Part shown: piece by piece, positions 47,628-57,956 of the stretch | Position numbering within the stretch: position 1 is the first letter of the stretch | How the letters are laid out: each line of letters begins with the position of its first letter | Source of the DNA: Candidatus Saccharimonadota bacterium | Lineage (GTDB): Bacteria; Patescibacteriota; Saccharimonadia; Saccharimonadales; JACOTW01 | DNA length: 64,000 nucleotides | Direction of reading: 5' to 3' | NCBI GenBank assembly: GCA_016178135.1 | Contig: JACOTW010000003.1 | Coordinates: forward strand, 472-64,471 | The notes under the pieces: model-generated | The model's database searches: none | What the model was told of the DNA's origin: nothing | What the model saw: only the letters and a program-made list of their open reading frames with translations | Position numbers and translations under genes: made by a program

Positions 47628-47852
47628 CAGGAGTATAGTGTACAACACATAATGGCTAACCAAGCTGGATTGGCATAATGCCGCCAGTTATCGCTCGCTT
47701 AAGCTCGTAAAAGCAGCCAGGAAAGACCTAGACTGGATTTTATTAGAAAAATATGTTGACGTATAGTAAAAATCATGTATAATATATTTTGATAAACCTG
47801 GGAAGCAAATATAACTAGGTTTTGGGCGGTTCGTAATAAAGGAGTTTCTTAG

Positions 47853-48656
47853 ATGACAATTAGCGGCTTACTAAATAAACCACAAACACCCGAAGGTCAA
47901 CTATACTTGGCCGGTACTCCTGATATTGCCGAAGCAATAGGCGTCACACTAGACGCCTACCGTGAACTTGGCTATACACCAAATGTAGATGACGCAACCC
48001 GAACCATGACTGAGGATTTTAACAGTAATGTCAAACTTGGCTACAATGGCCGATTGTTTGTGCCAGCACCCCAGGAAGTTAGCTTTGATCAATTGCTTGC
48101 CGCAGCTGAAGGCAAGCGTCCAAAAAACGTCCAGCCTATCTACAGGTACGCGAATCTTTGGACACCTGGCACTGAGCCCATGAGCTACACCGATGAAGAC
48201 CTAAACCAAGCTCCCATTGAAACAGTTGGTCGCATAGCATTGTTTAATGCAGACACTAACACCGGCCTAGACCCAATTTTGCACCACCCAGACACTCCAT
48301 ATGACTATAAACATGCCAAACTAGGCGAAGCAACCCAACTACAAAAAATCACCAAAGATATAGCGGAGTTCGAAGCAAAGCATACTGGCTATAATCTTTT
48401 GAGCCTAGACCACCGCGACTTTGCGTTGCTGGCCTTGATGGACCGCATTAGAGGTGTCAAGAAAGTTAAACTTGAGGATCAGATTCTTAGTAAAGGCATT
48501 ATGCGAACTGATAAACTAGGCCGAAGGTCTGTGGACGGCGGCTCGGTTGTCGGCGACGTGTACTCGTACGTCGGTCGGCTGGACTTGCGCGAGTCGAGTG
48601 GCGGCGCGTATCCGTACACTGGCGTCGGTCTCTCGGCGGAGCCAACTAAAGTTTAG
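47853..48656 (+). CDS. Hypothetical protein, probable DGR target (C-terminal variable region)
   Basis: GC-rich 3' end with NNY codon pattern, ending GVGLSA. Confidence 0.6.
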   Translation: MTISGLLNKPQTPEGQLYLAGTPDIAEAIGVTLDAYRELGYTPNVDDATRTMTEDFNSNVKLGYNGRLFVPAPQEVSFDQLLAAAEGKRPKNVQPIYRYANLWTPGTEPMSYTDEDLNQAPIETVGRIALFNADTNTGLDPILHHPDTPYDYKHAKLGEATQLQKITKDIAEFEAKHTGYNLLSLDHRDFALLALMDRIRGVKKVKLEDQILSKGIMRTDKLGRRSVDGGSVVGDVYSYVGRLDLRESSGGAYPYTGVGLSAEPTKV

Positions 48657-48836
48657 GCTTTAGCTTTTGTAATTCTTTTTCTCTTTTCTTTTTTTATGTA
48701 GCGTAGTATAAGGTTTGTCCTTTGTATTGCCGCATACGGCGGTAGTTGGTGGGTCAGTTCTGTTGATAACCGGTAATTCATGCATGGTACAATTATGGCA
48801 TACCACTGGAAAATGTATAATGCAGGAGGAGAAAAT

Positions 48837-49370
48837 ATGACAGATTTTAATAAGGTTTTAGATGCGGGCGATGTGGTGAACGGGGTTATAAATACTGTTA
48901 TTGAGATCCCCAAATGGTCAACACTGAAAATTGAATGGAATCGTGAACTGGCTATTTTTGAGCTAGACAGGGTGGAACCGAGTATTTTTGCTAAGCCTAC
49001 TAATTATGGTTTTATCCCGCAAACGTTGGACGAAGATGGTGATGAACTGGATACGTTGGTACTCACTAACGATCCTATACCCACAGGTGTTTACTTGAAA
49101 GCCAAAGTTATTGGCGTTTTGAAGTTTGAAGATGATAGCGAAATGGATCACAAGATTGTATGTGTGCCAGCCGATGATCGAAACACCGACGATGCTATAA
49201 AAACATTTGATGATCTACATGATCGCTGGAAGCAAAAAATCGAACATCACTTTACTCATTACAAAGACCTCAAAAAACCCGATAGTACCAAAGTCCTAGG
49301 ATGGGGTGATGCCAATGATGCCACAAAAATCATCAATGAATGCATCGAGCGTTACAAACAAGGAGTCTAG
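48837..49370 (+). CDS. ppa: Inorganic pyrophosphatase
   Basis: NYGFIPQTLDEDGDELD, DHKIVCV, FTHYKDL. Confidence 0.95.
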   Translation: MTDFNKVLDAGDVVNGVINTVIEIPKWSTLKIEWNRELAIFELDRVEPSIFAKPTNYGFIPQTLDEDGDELDTLVLTNDPIPTGVYLKAKVIGVLKFEDDSEMDHKIVCVPADDRNTDDAIKTFDDLHDRWKQKIEHHFTHYKDLKKPDSTKVLGWGDANDATKIINECIERYKQGV

Positions 49371-49794
49371 TACCGTGAAGGGTGCCCATGTAGTCGTCAA
49401 GATGCTACTACGAAACACTGGAGGCAACATTCTGCTTTTGCGTCGCAGTGCTACTGATACGCGTCGGTCCTTGGAGTGGGATTTACCTGGCGGGATGGTA
49501 GAAGAAGGTGAAGATTTCGTAACTGGGGTTGTACGAGAAACCAAGGAGGAGACCGGGTTAACAGTCCAAGCGAATACTGTACGCCTGGTGTATACGCATA
49601 CAGCTATGCGGGATTCTGGCAATGTTTGCTGGTTATTTTTTGTATGTTCGGGTAACACAACAGATGTAACAATTAGCTATGAGCATGATCAAGCAAAATG
49701 GGTTACCCTTCTGGAAGGCATAGAAATGATCAAGTATGATCTGCAAAGAAACTTTCTAATATATTTGAAGGATAATAAGTTGTTGGTCGAATAG
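49306..49794 (+). CDS. NUDIX hydrolase (start uncertain)
   Basis: WDLPGGMVEEGEDFVTGVVRETKEETGL. Confidence 0.85.
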   Translation: MMPMMPQKSSMNASSVTNKESSTVKGAHVVVKMLLRNTGGNILLLRRSATDTRRSLEWDLPGGMVEEGEDFVTGVVRETKEETGLTVQANTVRLVYTHTAMRDSGNVCWLFFVCSGNTTDVTISYEHDQAKWVTLLEGIEMIKYDLQRNFLIYLKDNKLLVE

Positions 49795-49869
49795 TTGTTG
49801 CACTAAGGTAATTAACCCCGTACAATAATATTTGATTATGCTAATACTTAAACAGGGTGGGCAGAACAG

Positions 49870-50901
49870 ATGAAAACAAGAATTGCAATAAATGGGTTTG
49901 GTCGTATCGGCCGTATGGCTTTTAGGATAGGTTTTGAGCGCACAGACCTGGATATAGTGGGCATAAATGATTTAACGGATACAAAAACCCTTGTTCATCT
50001 CTTAAAACATGACACTAACTATGGTGAATATGATCACAAACTAGATTTTGACGATAAAAATATCATTGTTGATGGTAAAAAAATTCCAGTTTTTGCCGAA
50101 AAAGATCCCAGCATGTTGCCCTGGAAGGATCTAAAAGTAGACGTGGTTATTGAATCTACGGGGCGTTTTACGACTGGCGAAGCTGCCAGCGCGCACATAA
50201 AAGCGGGGGCCAAAAAAGTGGTCATTTCCGCGCCAGCTAAGGGCGAAGACGTTCAAACGCTAGTTATTGGCGCGAATGAAGACAAGCTAAGCGAAGCTGG
50301 CGATATCATTAGTAATGCCAGCTGCACAACCAATAGCGTGGCTGCGGTCATGGATATTATGGACCAGGAATTTGGAGTTGAAAAAGCTATGTTAACTACC
50401 GTGCATAGCTATACGGCTAGTCAGTCGTTGCAGGACGGTCCGGGTAAGGATTTAAGGGAAGCTCGTGCTGCGGCACAGAACATAGTTCCGACAACTACTG
50501 GTGCAGCCATTGCCGTTGCCCTAACAGTCCCTTCTCTTAAGAATAAGTTTGATGGTATGAGCGTACGTGTTCCAACTTCAGTAGTTAGTCTTAGTGATGT
50601 TACTATGTTGCTTAAGCGTAATACGACCAAGGAAGAAATCAACCAGTTATTTAAGAAGTTAGTCAAAGAGCCTTTTTATATGGGCATATTAAATGTTACT
50701 GAAGAGCCGTTGGTGAGTAGTGATTTTGTCGGCAGTAGCTACTCTGGTATAGTCGATTTGCTTTTAACGAACGTTGTGGCTGGCAATTTAGCCAAGGTCG
50801 TGGTCTGGTATGACAATGAGTGGGGTTATAGTAATCGACTAGTAGAACAAGTGGCTGACGTAGGTAAATATTTGCATGGGCAAGAACAAGCAAAAGAATA
50901 A
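49870..50901 (+). CDS. gap: Glyceraldehyde-3-phosphate dehydrogenase
   Basis: INGFGRIGR, SNASCTTN, WYDNEWGYSNR. Confidence 0.97.
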   Translation: MKTRIAINGFGRIGRMAFRIGFERTDLDIVGINDLTDTKTLVHLLKHDTNYGEYDHKLDFDDKNIIVDGKKIPVFAEKDPSMLPWKDLKVDVVIESTGRFTTGEAASAHIKAGAKKVVISAPAKGEDVQTLVIGANEDKLSEAGDIISNASCTTNSVAAVMDIMDQEFGVEKAMLTTVHSYTASQSLQDGPGKDLREARAAAQNIVPTTTGAAIAVALTVPSLKNKFDGMSVRVPTSVVSLSDVTMLLKRNTTKEEINQLFKKLVKEPFYMGILNVTEEPLVSSDFVGSSYSGIVDLLLTNVVAGNLAKVVVWYDNEWGYSNRLVEQVADVGKYLHGQEQAKE

Positions 50902-50949
50902 TTACCATACAAAACACGCTGTTAATTATCTATTTTCAGGGATTTATTC

Positions 50950-51393
50950 ATGAAAATCTTTATTGGTACCGATCATAATGGCTATAATTTGCGGGATGAC
51001 TTGGTAAGGCATCTTAAGCAAGCTGGTCATGAAGTAATAGATGATGGTGATAGCAACATAGACTCTAATGATGATTTTCCGATTTTTGCTGGCAAAGTTG
51101 CGGCTAACTTACTAGCTAGCGATGATCCTGACGCACGAGGTATTCTAATTTGCGGCAGTGGACAGGGTATGTGTATGGCCGCCAATCGTTTCAAGGGAAT
51201 TCGTGCGGCTTTGTTGTATGATCGTGAATCGGCTAAATCATCCAGGAATGATGATGATAGCAATGTAGCTTGCCTGCCATCGCGAGCACTTGAAAATAAG
51301 AAAGCATTGGAAATTATTGATATTTGGCTTAGTACACCATTTGCGGCTGCTAGTCGTTTTATGCGACGCATAAAAGAAATGGACGAGCTATAG
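50950..51393 (+). CDS. rpiB: Ribose-5-phosphate isomerase B
   Basis: IGTDHNG, GILICGSGQGM..AANRFKGIRA. Confidence 0.92.
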   Translation: MKIFIGTDHNGYNLRDDLVRHLKQAGHEVIDDGDSNIDSNDDFPIFAGKVAANLLASDDPDARGILICGSGQGMCMAANRFKGIRAALLYDRESAKSSRNDDDSNVACLPSRALENKKALEIIDIWLSTPFAAASRFMRRIKEMDEL

Positions 51394-51405
51394 TATGATT
51401 GGTGT

Positions 51406-52896
51406 ATGACGGTTATATGTTCAACAGTTCTAGCCAAAGAGCCGGATGATTTTAGAGAGCAAATGGAGCGAATTGCTACATTTGCCGAGCGTATTCAGAT
51501 TGATTTAACTGATGGTTTGTTTGCTGGTCCCAAATCAATTGATATAGATAAGGTTTGGTGGCCACATGGCGTAAAGGCCGATCTTCATCTGATGTATCAT
51601 AGGCCGGACTTGTTCATGGATAAAATAATAAAGCTTAGACCACACATGGTAATCGTTCATTCTGAAGCCGAGGGTGATTTGATTAAAATGGCTCAAAAAT
51701 TACAATCTCAAGATATTAAGTTTGGTCTGGCCTTGCTAAAAGATACGGAACCGGAAACCATTAAACCAATATTAGATAACATAGATCATGTTTTAATTTT
51801 TTCTGGCAATCTGGGTCATTTTGGAGGACACACGGATTTTAGTTTATTGAAAAAAGTCAAACGGCTTAAGAACTGGAAGCCGGAACTAGAAATTGGCTGG
51901 GACGGTGGTATTACAGATAAGAATGCTCAAAAACTTATTGATGGTGGCATTGACGTACTGAATGTTGGTGGATTTATTCAAAACAATTCCAGTCCAGAGA
52001 ATGCTTATGCTACACTAAAGACGATAGTTGGAACAGATATGAAACAAAAACTAACCATTGAAGAGCTTGAACTAAAAGCCAACGCAATCCGCGAAGACAT
52101 CATTAAGATGTTAGAAGCGGCAGGCAGTGGCCATAGTGCTGGACCTTTGGGCTTGGCTGATATTTTTACGGCTTTATATTTTGATGTCATGAAATATGAT
52201 CCAAAAAGACCTGATTGGAATGACCGAGATATTTTATTATTAAGCAATGGCCACTGCGTGCCAGTGCAGTACGCAACTATGGCGCATGCTGGTTACTTTG
52301 ATCGCAAGGAGCTGATGACACTGCGGAAGTTCGGGTCAAGATTGCAGGGTCATCCCGAACGAGAGAAATTGCCTGGACTAGAAAATACCAGCGGGCCGCT
52401 GGGTTGCGGATTGAGCCAAGCTGCTGGAATGGCATTGGCAATGCGTATGAATAAGGATCATCACCGCTGGATTTATGTGGTAATGGGTGATGGCGAGCAG
52501 GATGAGGGCAATGTTTGGGAAGCTGCCATGTTGGCCGCCAAATACAAACTGAACAACATTATTGCTATTACTGACAGAAACAACATTCAAATTGATGGAC
52601 CGACCGAAACAGTGATGCCGTTAGAAGATTTGAAAGCAAAATGGGAAGCCTTTGGTTGGCACGTTATAGAGATAGATGGTAACAATATAGATGCCGTGAT
52701 TGATGCCTGCGCTATGGGCCGGGCAATCGTAGAGAAGCCAGTGATGATTATTGCCCATACTATTCCTGGCAAAGGCGTGGATTTTATGGAATATGATTTT
52801 CATTGGCATGGCTCTCCGCCAAATCACGAACAAGCCGTGAAGGCTTTGCATGAAATTCGAACATTACAAGGCAAGATAAGGAGCGAGCATGAATAG
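51406..52896 (+). CDS. Ribulose-phosphate 3-epimerase fused in frame to transketolase N-terminal subunit
   Basis: IQIDLTDG, DLHLM, WDGGI (Rpe), then MKQKL..SGHSAGPLG, LSNGH, GDGEQDEG (transketolase, internal ATG at 52039). Confidence 0.85.
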   Translation: MTVICSTVLAKEPDDFREQMERIATFAERIQIDLTDGLFAGPKSIDIDKVWWPHGVKADLHLMYHRPDLFMDKIIKLRPHMVIVHSEAEGDLIKMAQKLQSQDIKFGLALLKDTEPETIKPILDNIDHVLIFSGNLGHFGGHTDFSLLKKVKRLKNWKPELEIGWDGGITDKNAQKLIDGGIDVLNVGGFIQNNSSPENAYATLKTIVGTDMKQKLTIEELELKANAIREDIIKMLEAAGSGHSAGPLGLADIFTALYFDVMKYDPKRPDWNDRDILLLSNGHCVPVQYATMAHAGYFDRKELMTLRKFGSRLQGHPEREKLPGLENTSGPLGCGLSQAAGMALAMRMNKDHHRWIYVVMGDGEQDEGNVWEAAMLAAKYKLNNIIAITDRNNIQIDGPTETVMPLEDLKAKWEAFGWHVIEIDGNNIDAVIDACAMGRAIVEKPVMIIAHTIPGKGVDFMEYDFHWHGSPPNHEQAVKALHEIRTLQGKIRSEHE

Positions 52897-53884
52897 CGTC
52901 GTACATTTAATACCAGATACTCTTGCTAATGATATAATTTCTGAGCCAATTAGGAAGGGTTTTGGACGCGGATTATTAGCAGCTGGCAAATTAGATGAAA
53001 ATGTCGTGGCAGCTTGTGCTGACTTGGTTGAATCTACCCAAATTAGTTTGTTTGCCAATGAATTTCCTGAACGTTTTGTAGAAATTGGTGTGGCTGAACA
53101 AAACCTGGTGACGGTTGGTTCCGGTTTGGCAGCCATGGGTAAGATACCGTTTGTAAGTAGCTATGCTGCATTTAGTCCTGGTAGAAATTGGGAACAAATT
53201 AGAACAACAATTTGTCTTAATAATCGACCTGTTAAAATTGTTGGTTCACATGCCGGCATATCCGTTGGACCAGATGGTGCAACTCACCAAATGCTGGAAG
53301 ATATTGCCTTGATGCGTAGTTTGCCTAATATGGTGGTGATTGCTCCTGGCGATAGTGTGGAGTCCGAAAAAGCCACCCTAGCCATGGCTAAAGATAAGCG
53401 GCCTAATTATTTGCGCTTAGCTCGCGAAGCTTCACCTGTATTTACTACTAAAGATACGCCGTTTGAAATTGGTCGGGCATACGTTTTTGAGCCAGGTAAT
53501 GACGTAACAATAATCGCCACGGGCGTAATGACTTACCATGCGTTAGTGGCTGCCCAAAAAATATTTAAAGATGGTATAGACGTGGAAGTAATCCATTGCC
53601 CAACCATCAAGCCACTAGATACAGAGACAATTTTAAAAAGTGTTCGTAAAACTGGTGCAGTTGTAACTTGTGAAGAAGCGCAAATAAATGGCGGACTTGG
53701 TGGTGCCGTGGCTGAACTATTAGGCGAAGAATATCCGGTGCCACTGAAACGGATTGGCATAAAAGATCATTTTGGCGAATCAGGTAACGCGGCAGAACTG
53801 ATGGAGCATTTTGGTTTGACCGCTACTCATATAGCATTGGCAGCGCATGAAATTATTGAGAAAAAAGGAGCAAAACATGGATAA
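52889..53884 (+). CDS. Transketolase C-terminal subunit
   Basis: EIGVAEQN, GPDGATHQ, TIKPLD. Confidence 0.93.
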   Translation: MNSVVHLIPDTLANDIISEPIRKGFGRGLLAAGKLDENVVAACADLVESTQISLFANEFPERFVEIGVAEQNLVTVGSGLAAMGKIPFVSSYAAFSPGRNWEQIRTTICLNNRPVKIVGSHAGISVGPDGATHQMLEDIALMRSLPNMVVIAPGDSVESEKATLAMAKDKRPNYLRLAREASPVFTTKDTPFEIGRAYVFEPGNDVTIIATGVMTYHALVAAQKIFKDGIDVEVIHCPTIKPLDTETILKSVRKTGAVVTCEEAQINGGLGGAVAELLGEEYPVPLKRIGIKDHFGESGNAAELMEHFGLTATHIALAAHEIIEKKGAKHG

Positions 53885-54908
53885 ACATAAGCTTGGAGAA
53901 ACGGCTAAATATTTAGCAAGTAAGGGTATACTGGCTGCTGATGAAAGTAACGCTAGCTGCCAAAAGCGTTTTGATGCTGTTGGAATAGAGTGTACAGAAG
54001 AGAATCGACGACTGTATCGACAGATATTGATAACTTCACCCCAGGCCAAAGAATCTTTAAGCGGTATAATTTTTTTTGACGAAACTTTTTGGCAAAAAAC
54101 CAACGAAGGTAAACCTTTTAGGGAATTCGTAGAAGAACAAGGGATTTTGCCTGGAATTAAAGTTGATGAAGGGCTTGTAGATTTGCCAGGTTTTGATGGC
54201 GAGAAAATCAGCAAGGGGCTTGATACTCTACCAGAAAGAATTAGTAAATATGCTGAAGCTGGTGCCAAGTTTGCTAAATGGCGTTCGGTAATTACCATTA
54301 GCGAAGCAATACCGACGCAAGAGTGTATTGGCGCGAACGTTTATGTACTGGCAAGATACGCGCGAATTTGTCAGGACGCCGGTATAGTCCCCATGGTAGA
54401 GCCAGAAATATTGTTTGACGGAACGCATTCAATTGAGAATTGCCAAGAGGTTATGATACGTACATTAGATGCTCTGTTTTACACTATGCGGGCTTTTCGC
54501 GTACATTTACCCGGTGCGATACTAAAAACCAGCATGATCTTGCCCGGTAAAGATTCTGGTAAACCCATTGACTATGTTGATGTTGCCGAGCGAACCGTCA
54601 AAGTTTTGCATGAACATGTGCCTGATGAACTTGGCGGTGTAGTATTTCTAAGTGGCGGGCAAACGTCTGACGATGCTTTTGCTAATCTTAGCCAAATTGT
54701 CCAAAAAGGTCCACATCCTTGGGGTATTACTTTTTCCTATTCTCGAGCTTTGCAAGACCCAGTCCTGCAAGCCTGGGCGCAGCATAGTACTACTGATCCG
54801 TCAGAACTGTTTGCCGAGCAACTTAAAAAGGCTTCGGTAGCTCATGCGGGAAAATTTAAGGCAACTAAAAAAGATGAAAGTTTCGTAAGCCATAGTCAGG
54901 ATTTATAA
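53877..54908 (+). CDS. Class I fructose-bisphosphate aldolase
   Basis: KGILAADES, GIKVDEG, FAKWRSV, PMVEPE, FLSGGQ, FSYSRALQ. Confidence 0.93.
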   Translation: MDKHKLGETAKYLASKGILAADESNASCQKRFDAVGIECTEENRRLYRQILITSPQAKESLSGIIFFDETFWQKTNEGKPFREFVEEQGILPGIKVDEGLVDLPGFDGEKISKGLDTLPERISKYAEAGAKFAKWRSVITISEAIPTQECIGANVYVLARYARICQDAGIVPMVEPEILFDGTHSIENCQEVMIRTLDALFYTMRAFRVHLPGAILKTSMILPGKDSGKPIDYVDVAERTVKVLHEHVPDELGGVVFLSGGQTSDDAFANLSQIVQKGPHPWGITFSYSRALQDPVLQAWAQHSTTDPSELFAEQLKKASVAHAGKFKATKKDESFVSHSQDL

Positions 54909-55876
54909 TGTCAGATTTTATGCCAAAAATTATCTGTATAGGTGCGGCAGTTCAGGATGTTTTTTTACGGGGCAAAATCTTCTTGCCCCAACATGAGGCA
55001 GATGGTGATGTTGAAGAATTCAAACTTGGCTCTAAAAACGAAGTGGAAGAAGTCATATTTAGTACCGGCGGCGGCGCCACTAATGCTGCGGTTACGTTTG
55101 CACGCCAAGGTTTCCGGTCTTATTACATGGGAAAGGTTGGCACCGATATCGCTGGTACGGCGGTGCTTGACGCTCTTAGCAAGGATCAGGTAGATACTTC
55201 TATGACATCTGTCGTACAGGATACCGGAACGGGCTATTCGGTATTATTGCTTGCTCCAAGTGGCGAGCGGACTATTTTAACTTATCGTGGTGCCTCAACC
55301 CATTATGGAATACAGACGCAAGATTTTCATAATATAGAACCTGACTGGATTTATTTGAGCTCTTTGGATGGCAATTTCGCTGCGATGGAAGTTATTTTTG
55401 AATATGCTAACCAGCACAATATTAAGATCGCCATGAATCCAGGCACAAAAGAGCTTGAACAAGCTGATAGGTTGCGCCAATTTTTACCACAATTAACGGT
55501 TTTGAGCGTTAACAAAGAAGAGGCCAAGACACTTTTTTCAGGCAACACACTGATTGATCTGGTCAAAGCGGCTAATGCGATTGTGCCATATGTAATCGTA
55601 ACTGACGGACCCAGTGGCGAGGCGGCTGGTGATGGGGTCAAGATTATAACAGGGGGCATATATGAAGATGTACCGGTTATCGACAGGACTGGCGCCGGCG
55701 ATGCTTTTAGTAGTGGATTCGTGGCTATGATAGCAAGTGGCGAGTCGCTCGAACAGGCCGTACGTTTTGCTTGTGCCAATTCCACAGGAGTAGTCAGTGC
55801 AATAGGTGCCAAGACAGGTATTTTGCATAAAGGCGTACAACTCCACGATATGCCACTACAATCGGAAAATATCTAG
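54908..55876 (+). CDS. PfkB family carbohydrate kinase
   Basis: GGGATNAA, DRTGAGDAFSSG. Confidence 0.92.
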   Translation: MSDFMPKIICIGAAVQDVFLRGKIFLPQHEADGDVEEFKLGSKNEVEEVIFSTGGGATNAAVTFARQGFRSYYMGKVGTDIAGTAVLDALSKDQVDTSMTSVVQDTGTGYSVLLLAPSGERTILTYRGASTHYGIQTQDFHNIEPDWIYLSSLDGNFAAMEVIFEYANQHNIKIAMNPGTKELEQADRLRQFLPQLTVLSVNKEEAKTLFSGNTLIDLVKAANAIVPYVIVTDGPSGEAAGDGVKIITGGIYEDVPVIDRTGAGDAFSSGFVAMIASGESLEQAVRFACANSTGVVSAIGAKTGILHKGVQLHDMPLQSENI

Positions 55877-55925
55877 TCTTATAGGCATAAGCGTGATAAA
55901 TTAAGGGTGGGTATAAAAAGTAAAT

Positions 55926-57182
55926 ATGTCGAAACATTTGAGTGAATTACTGGGCGCAACGGAGCCAATGTTTACCATTGCCCTCAAACAACTTGAGCAG
56001 GCAAGTGGTAATTTTAGCGTGGATGTTCGTTTAACGGCTGAAATTATTGGCAAAGTACACCTAAAAACTCGTGAACTTGGGCTTGATCCAAAAGATACTA
56101 CCGGCAAAGAGCTGTACCAAGCCTTATTAAATCTTGTTGAAAAACACGATGAGTTTTTGGTAAAAAGAATTGGCGGTACAAATCCAAGGGATGTGCAAGA
56201 TCTTATACCAAGAATGAAGAAGGCTATAGAAGAACTTGACGTTCCCAAAAAAGCTTGGGTCATAAAGCATAGCGTAGCTAAGCAATTATTAAAAAATATG
56301 CCACCTAGAACAGTCATGAGACACCTCGGTTATCGTTCAGTAGACTCTATGTTAAAACGCGAGAATCTGGCCGAAATATATGGCAGCCTAAGGTTCGCTG
56401 AAAGTCCGGAATGGCTTAATAAATTTATCCAAACATATAAAAAACTTAAACCGAGTGATTTTGAAACTCGTGAAATCGAGTTTGTGCAACTTGGTTCCGA
56501 GCGGTGGGGCAAACTAACAGCTGCTTTTACTCACAAAAAACTACATAACATTACTCACCTAAAAGAATTAGGCGTTATCTTGCTTTTGCCGATGCCGATG
56601 GTCGAATTGCGGGGCTTGACTATCTTCGCCTTCCCACTACTCATCCATTACATTAATGAGATTCGTCTCTATAGTACATTTTTTAAGTTTAAACAGGTTA
56701 AATCAAATTTTTCAGAGATTTTGATAGATACTCTTATAGCCGATCCGGGTAACCATACCATAATGGCTGGTCAGCAAGTTCATTGGCGAGTTATTCAGCG
56801 TTATTTTGCCCGTCTGGAAAATGAATATCATCCAGAGATTTTTGAACCACACGTACAACCAGAAGATCTTCATTGGCGCAAAGCAGAGGAAGTGCTATTC
56901 AAAATGGAGCCAGCACTACACTTTTGGTATGACATGGATTATGTGGCTGTTATGCATGCCGGGCGTCCGTTGCCTATAAGTCTACTGGATATAGCCGCGG
57001 ACTTTATAAACGACAAGCCTTACGAACAAAGAGCAATCTATCATTTTCGTGATTCGTTATGGAATGAAATATTCGTTCGCTATATGGGTCAAAAAACGCT
57101 GGAAAATCAAATTCTTAGACAGTTAGATAATGAAATGATTGCTCCAGAATCCATTGCTACCAGCTTGAGGTTTCAAAAATGA
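55926..57182 (+). CDS. Hypothetical protein
   Basis: 418-aa ORF in operon context; no motif recognised. Confidence 0.7.
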   Translation: MSKHLSELLGATEPMFTIALKQLEQASGNFSVDVRLTAEIIGKVHLKTRELGLDPKDTTGKELYQALLNLVEKHDEFLVKRIGGTNPRDVQDLIPRMKKAIEELDVPKKAWVIKHSVAKQLLKNMPPRTVMRHLGYRSVDSMLKRENLAEIYGSLRFAESPEWLNKFIQTYKKLKPSDFETREIEFVQLGSERWGKLTAAFTHKKLHNITHLKELGVILLLPMPMVELRGLTIFAFPLLIHYINEIRLYSTFFKFKQVKSNFSEILIDTLIADPGNHTIMAGQQVHWRVIQRYFARLENEYHPEIFEPHVQPEDLHWRKAEEVLFKMEPALHFWYDMDYVAVMHAGRPLPISLLDIAADFINDKPYEQRAIYHFRDSLWNEIFVRYMGQKTLENQILRQLDNEMIAPESIATSLRFQK

Positions 57183-57823
57183 GCCCGGAAATGCCCGGTC
57201 GCAAACACGTTATGCAATATTCCATTTGTGTTTCTGGGGCGCACAACGGGGAGACAGTCGAGAAATCAGCACTGTTAGCGGAGCGACTAGGAGAGGCAAT
57301 TGCTAAGAGAGGGCATATTTTGACAACAGGGGCAACCGTCGGGTTGCCGTATCACGCGGCTACAGGCGCCAAAAAAGCCAATGGCATAAGTATAGGTTTC
57401 TCGCCAGCTGGAAGTTTGCGGGAGCACTTGCGCAAATACCGTCTACCATATCATTGTTTTGATTTTATAAATTTTACCGGACTGAAATATGTTGGACGCG
57501 ACCTGTATCTAGTCCAATCCAGTGACGCCGTAATAACAGTCGGCGGTGGATTCGGTAGTTTGCACGAATTTACATCGGCCCTGGAATCAGGTAAGCCCTG
57601 CGGAATATTAATGGGTAGTGGCGGTACGGCCGACCTGATACCGCAGTTAATGGAAATACTGGAACCTCCGCAAAAAAACCTGGTTATTTATTCTGACAAC
57701 CCAGAAGATCTAGTCAATAAAATAATAACCATATTGAATAAAAATTACACAGACATAAGAGATCAGATTGCCCATGACGAGCACTGGTTCTTAGACACAA
57801 ACGCCAAGCAAACCAAGGGCTAA
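57179..57823 (+). CDS. LOG/SLOG family protein
   Basis: LTTGATVGLP, VGGGFGSLHEF, GSGGTAD. Confidence 0.8.
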   Translation: MSPEMPGRKHVMQYSICVSGAHNGETVEKSALLAERLGEAIAKRGHILTTGATVGLPYHAATGAKKANGISIGFSPAGSLREHLRKYRLPYHCFDFINFTGLKYVGRDLYLVQSSDAVITVGGGFGSLHEFTSALESGKPCGILMGSGGTADLIPQLMEILEPPQKNLVIYSDNPEDLVNKIITILNKNYTDIRDQIAHDEHWFLDTNAKQTKG

Positions 57824-57956
57824 CTTTTAGTACTTACTTCAGCTTAGGCACTCCCGCCGAACTATAGACTGCCATTGGGTGCGACCCAATAGTATCAATA
57901 TCAGTAATATGGGGTAATTTTTGTTGGGGGAGGTGAAACGAGTGTATGATTAGTAA

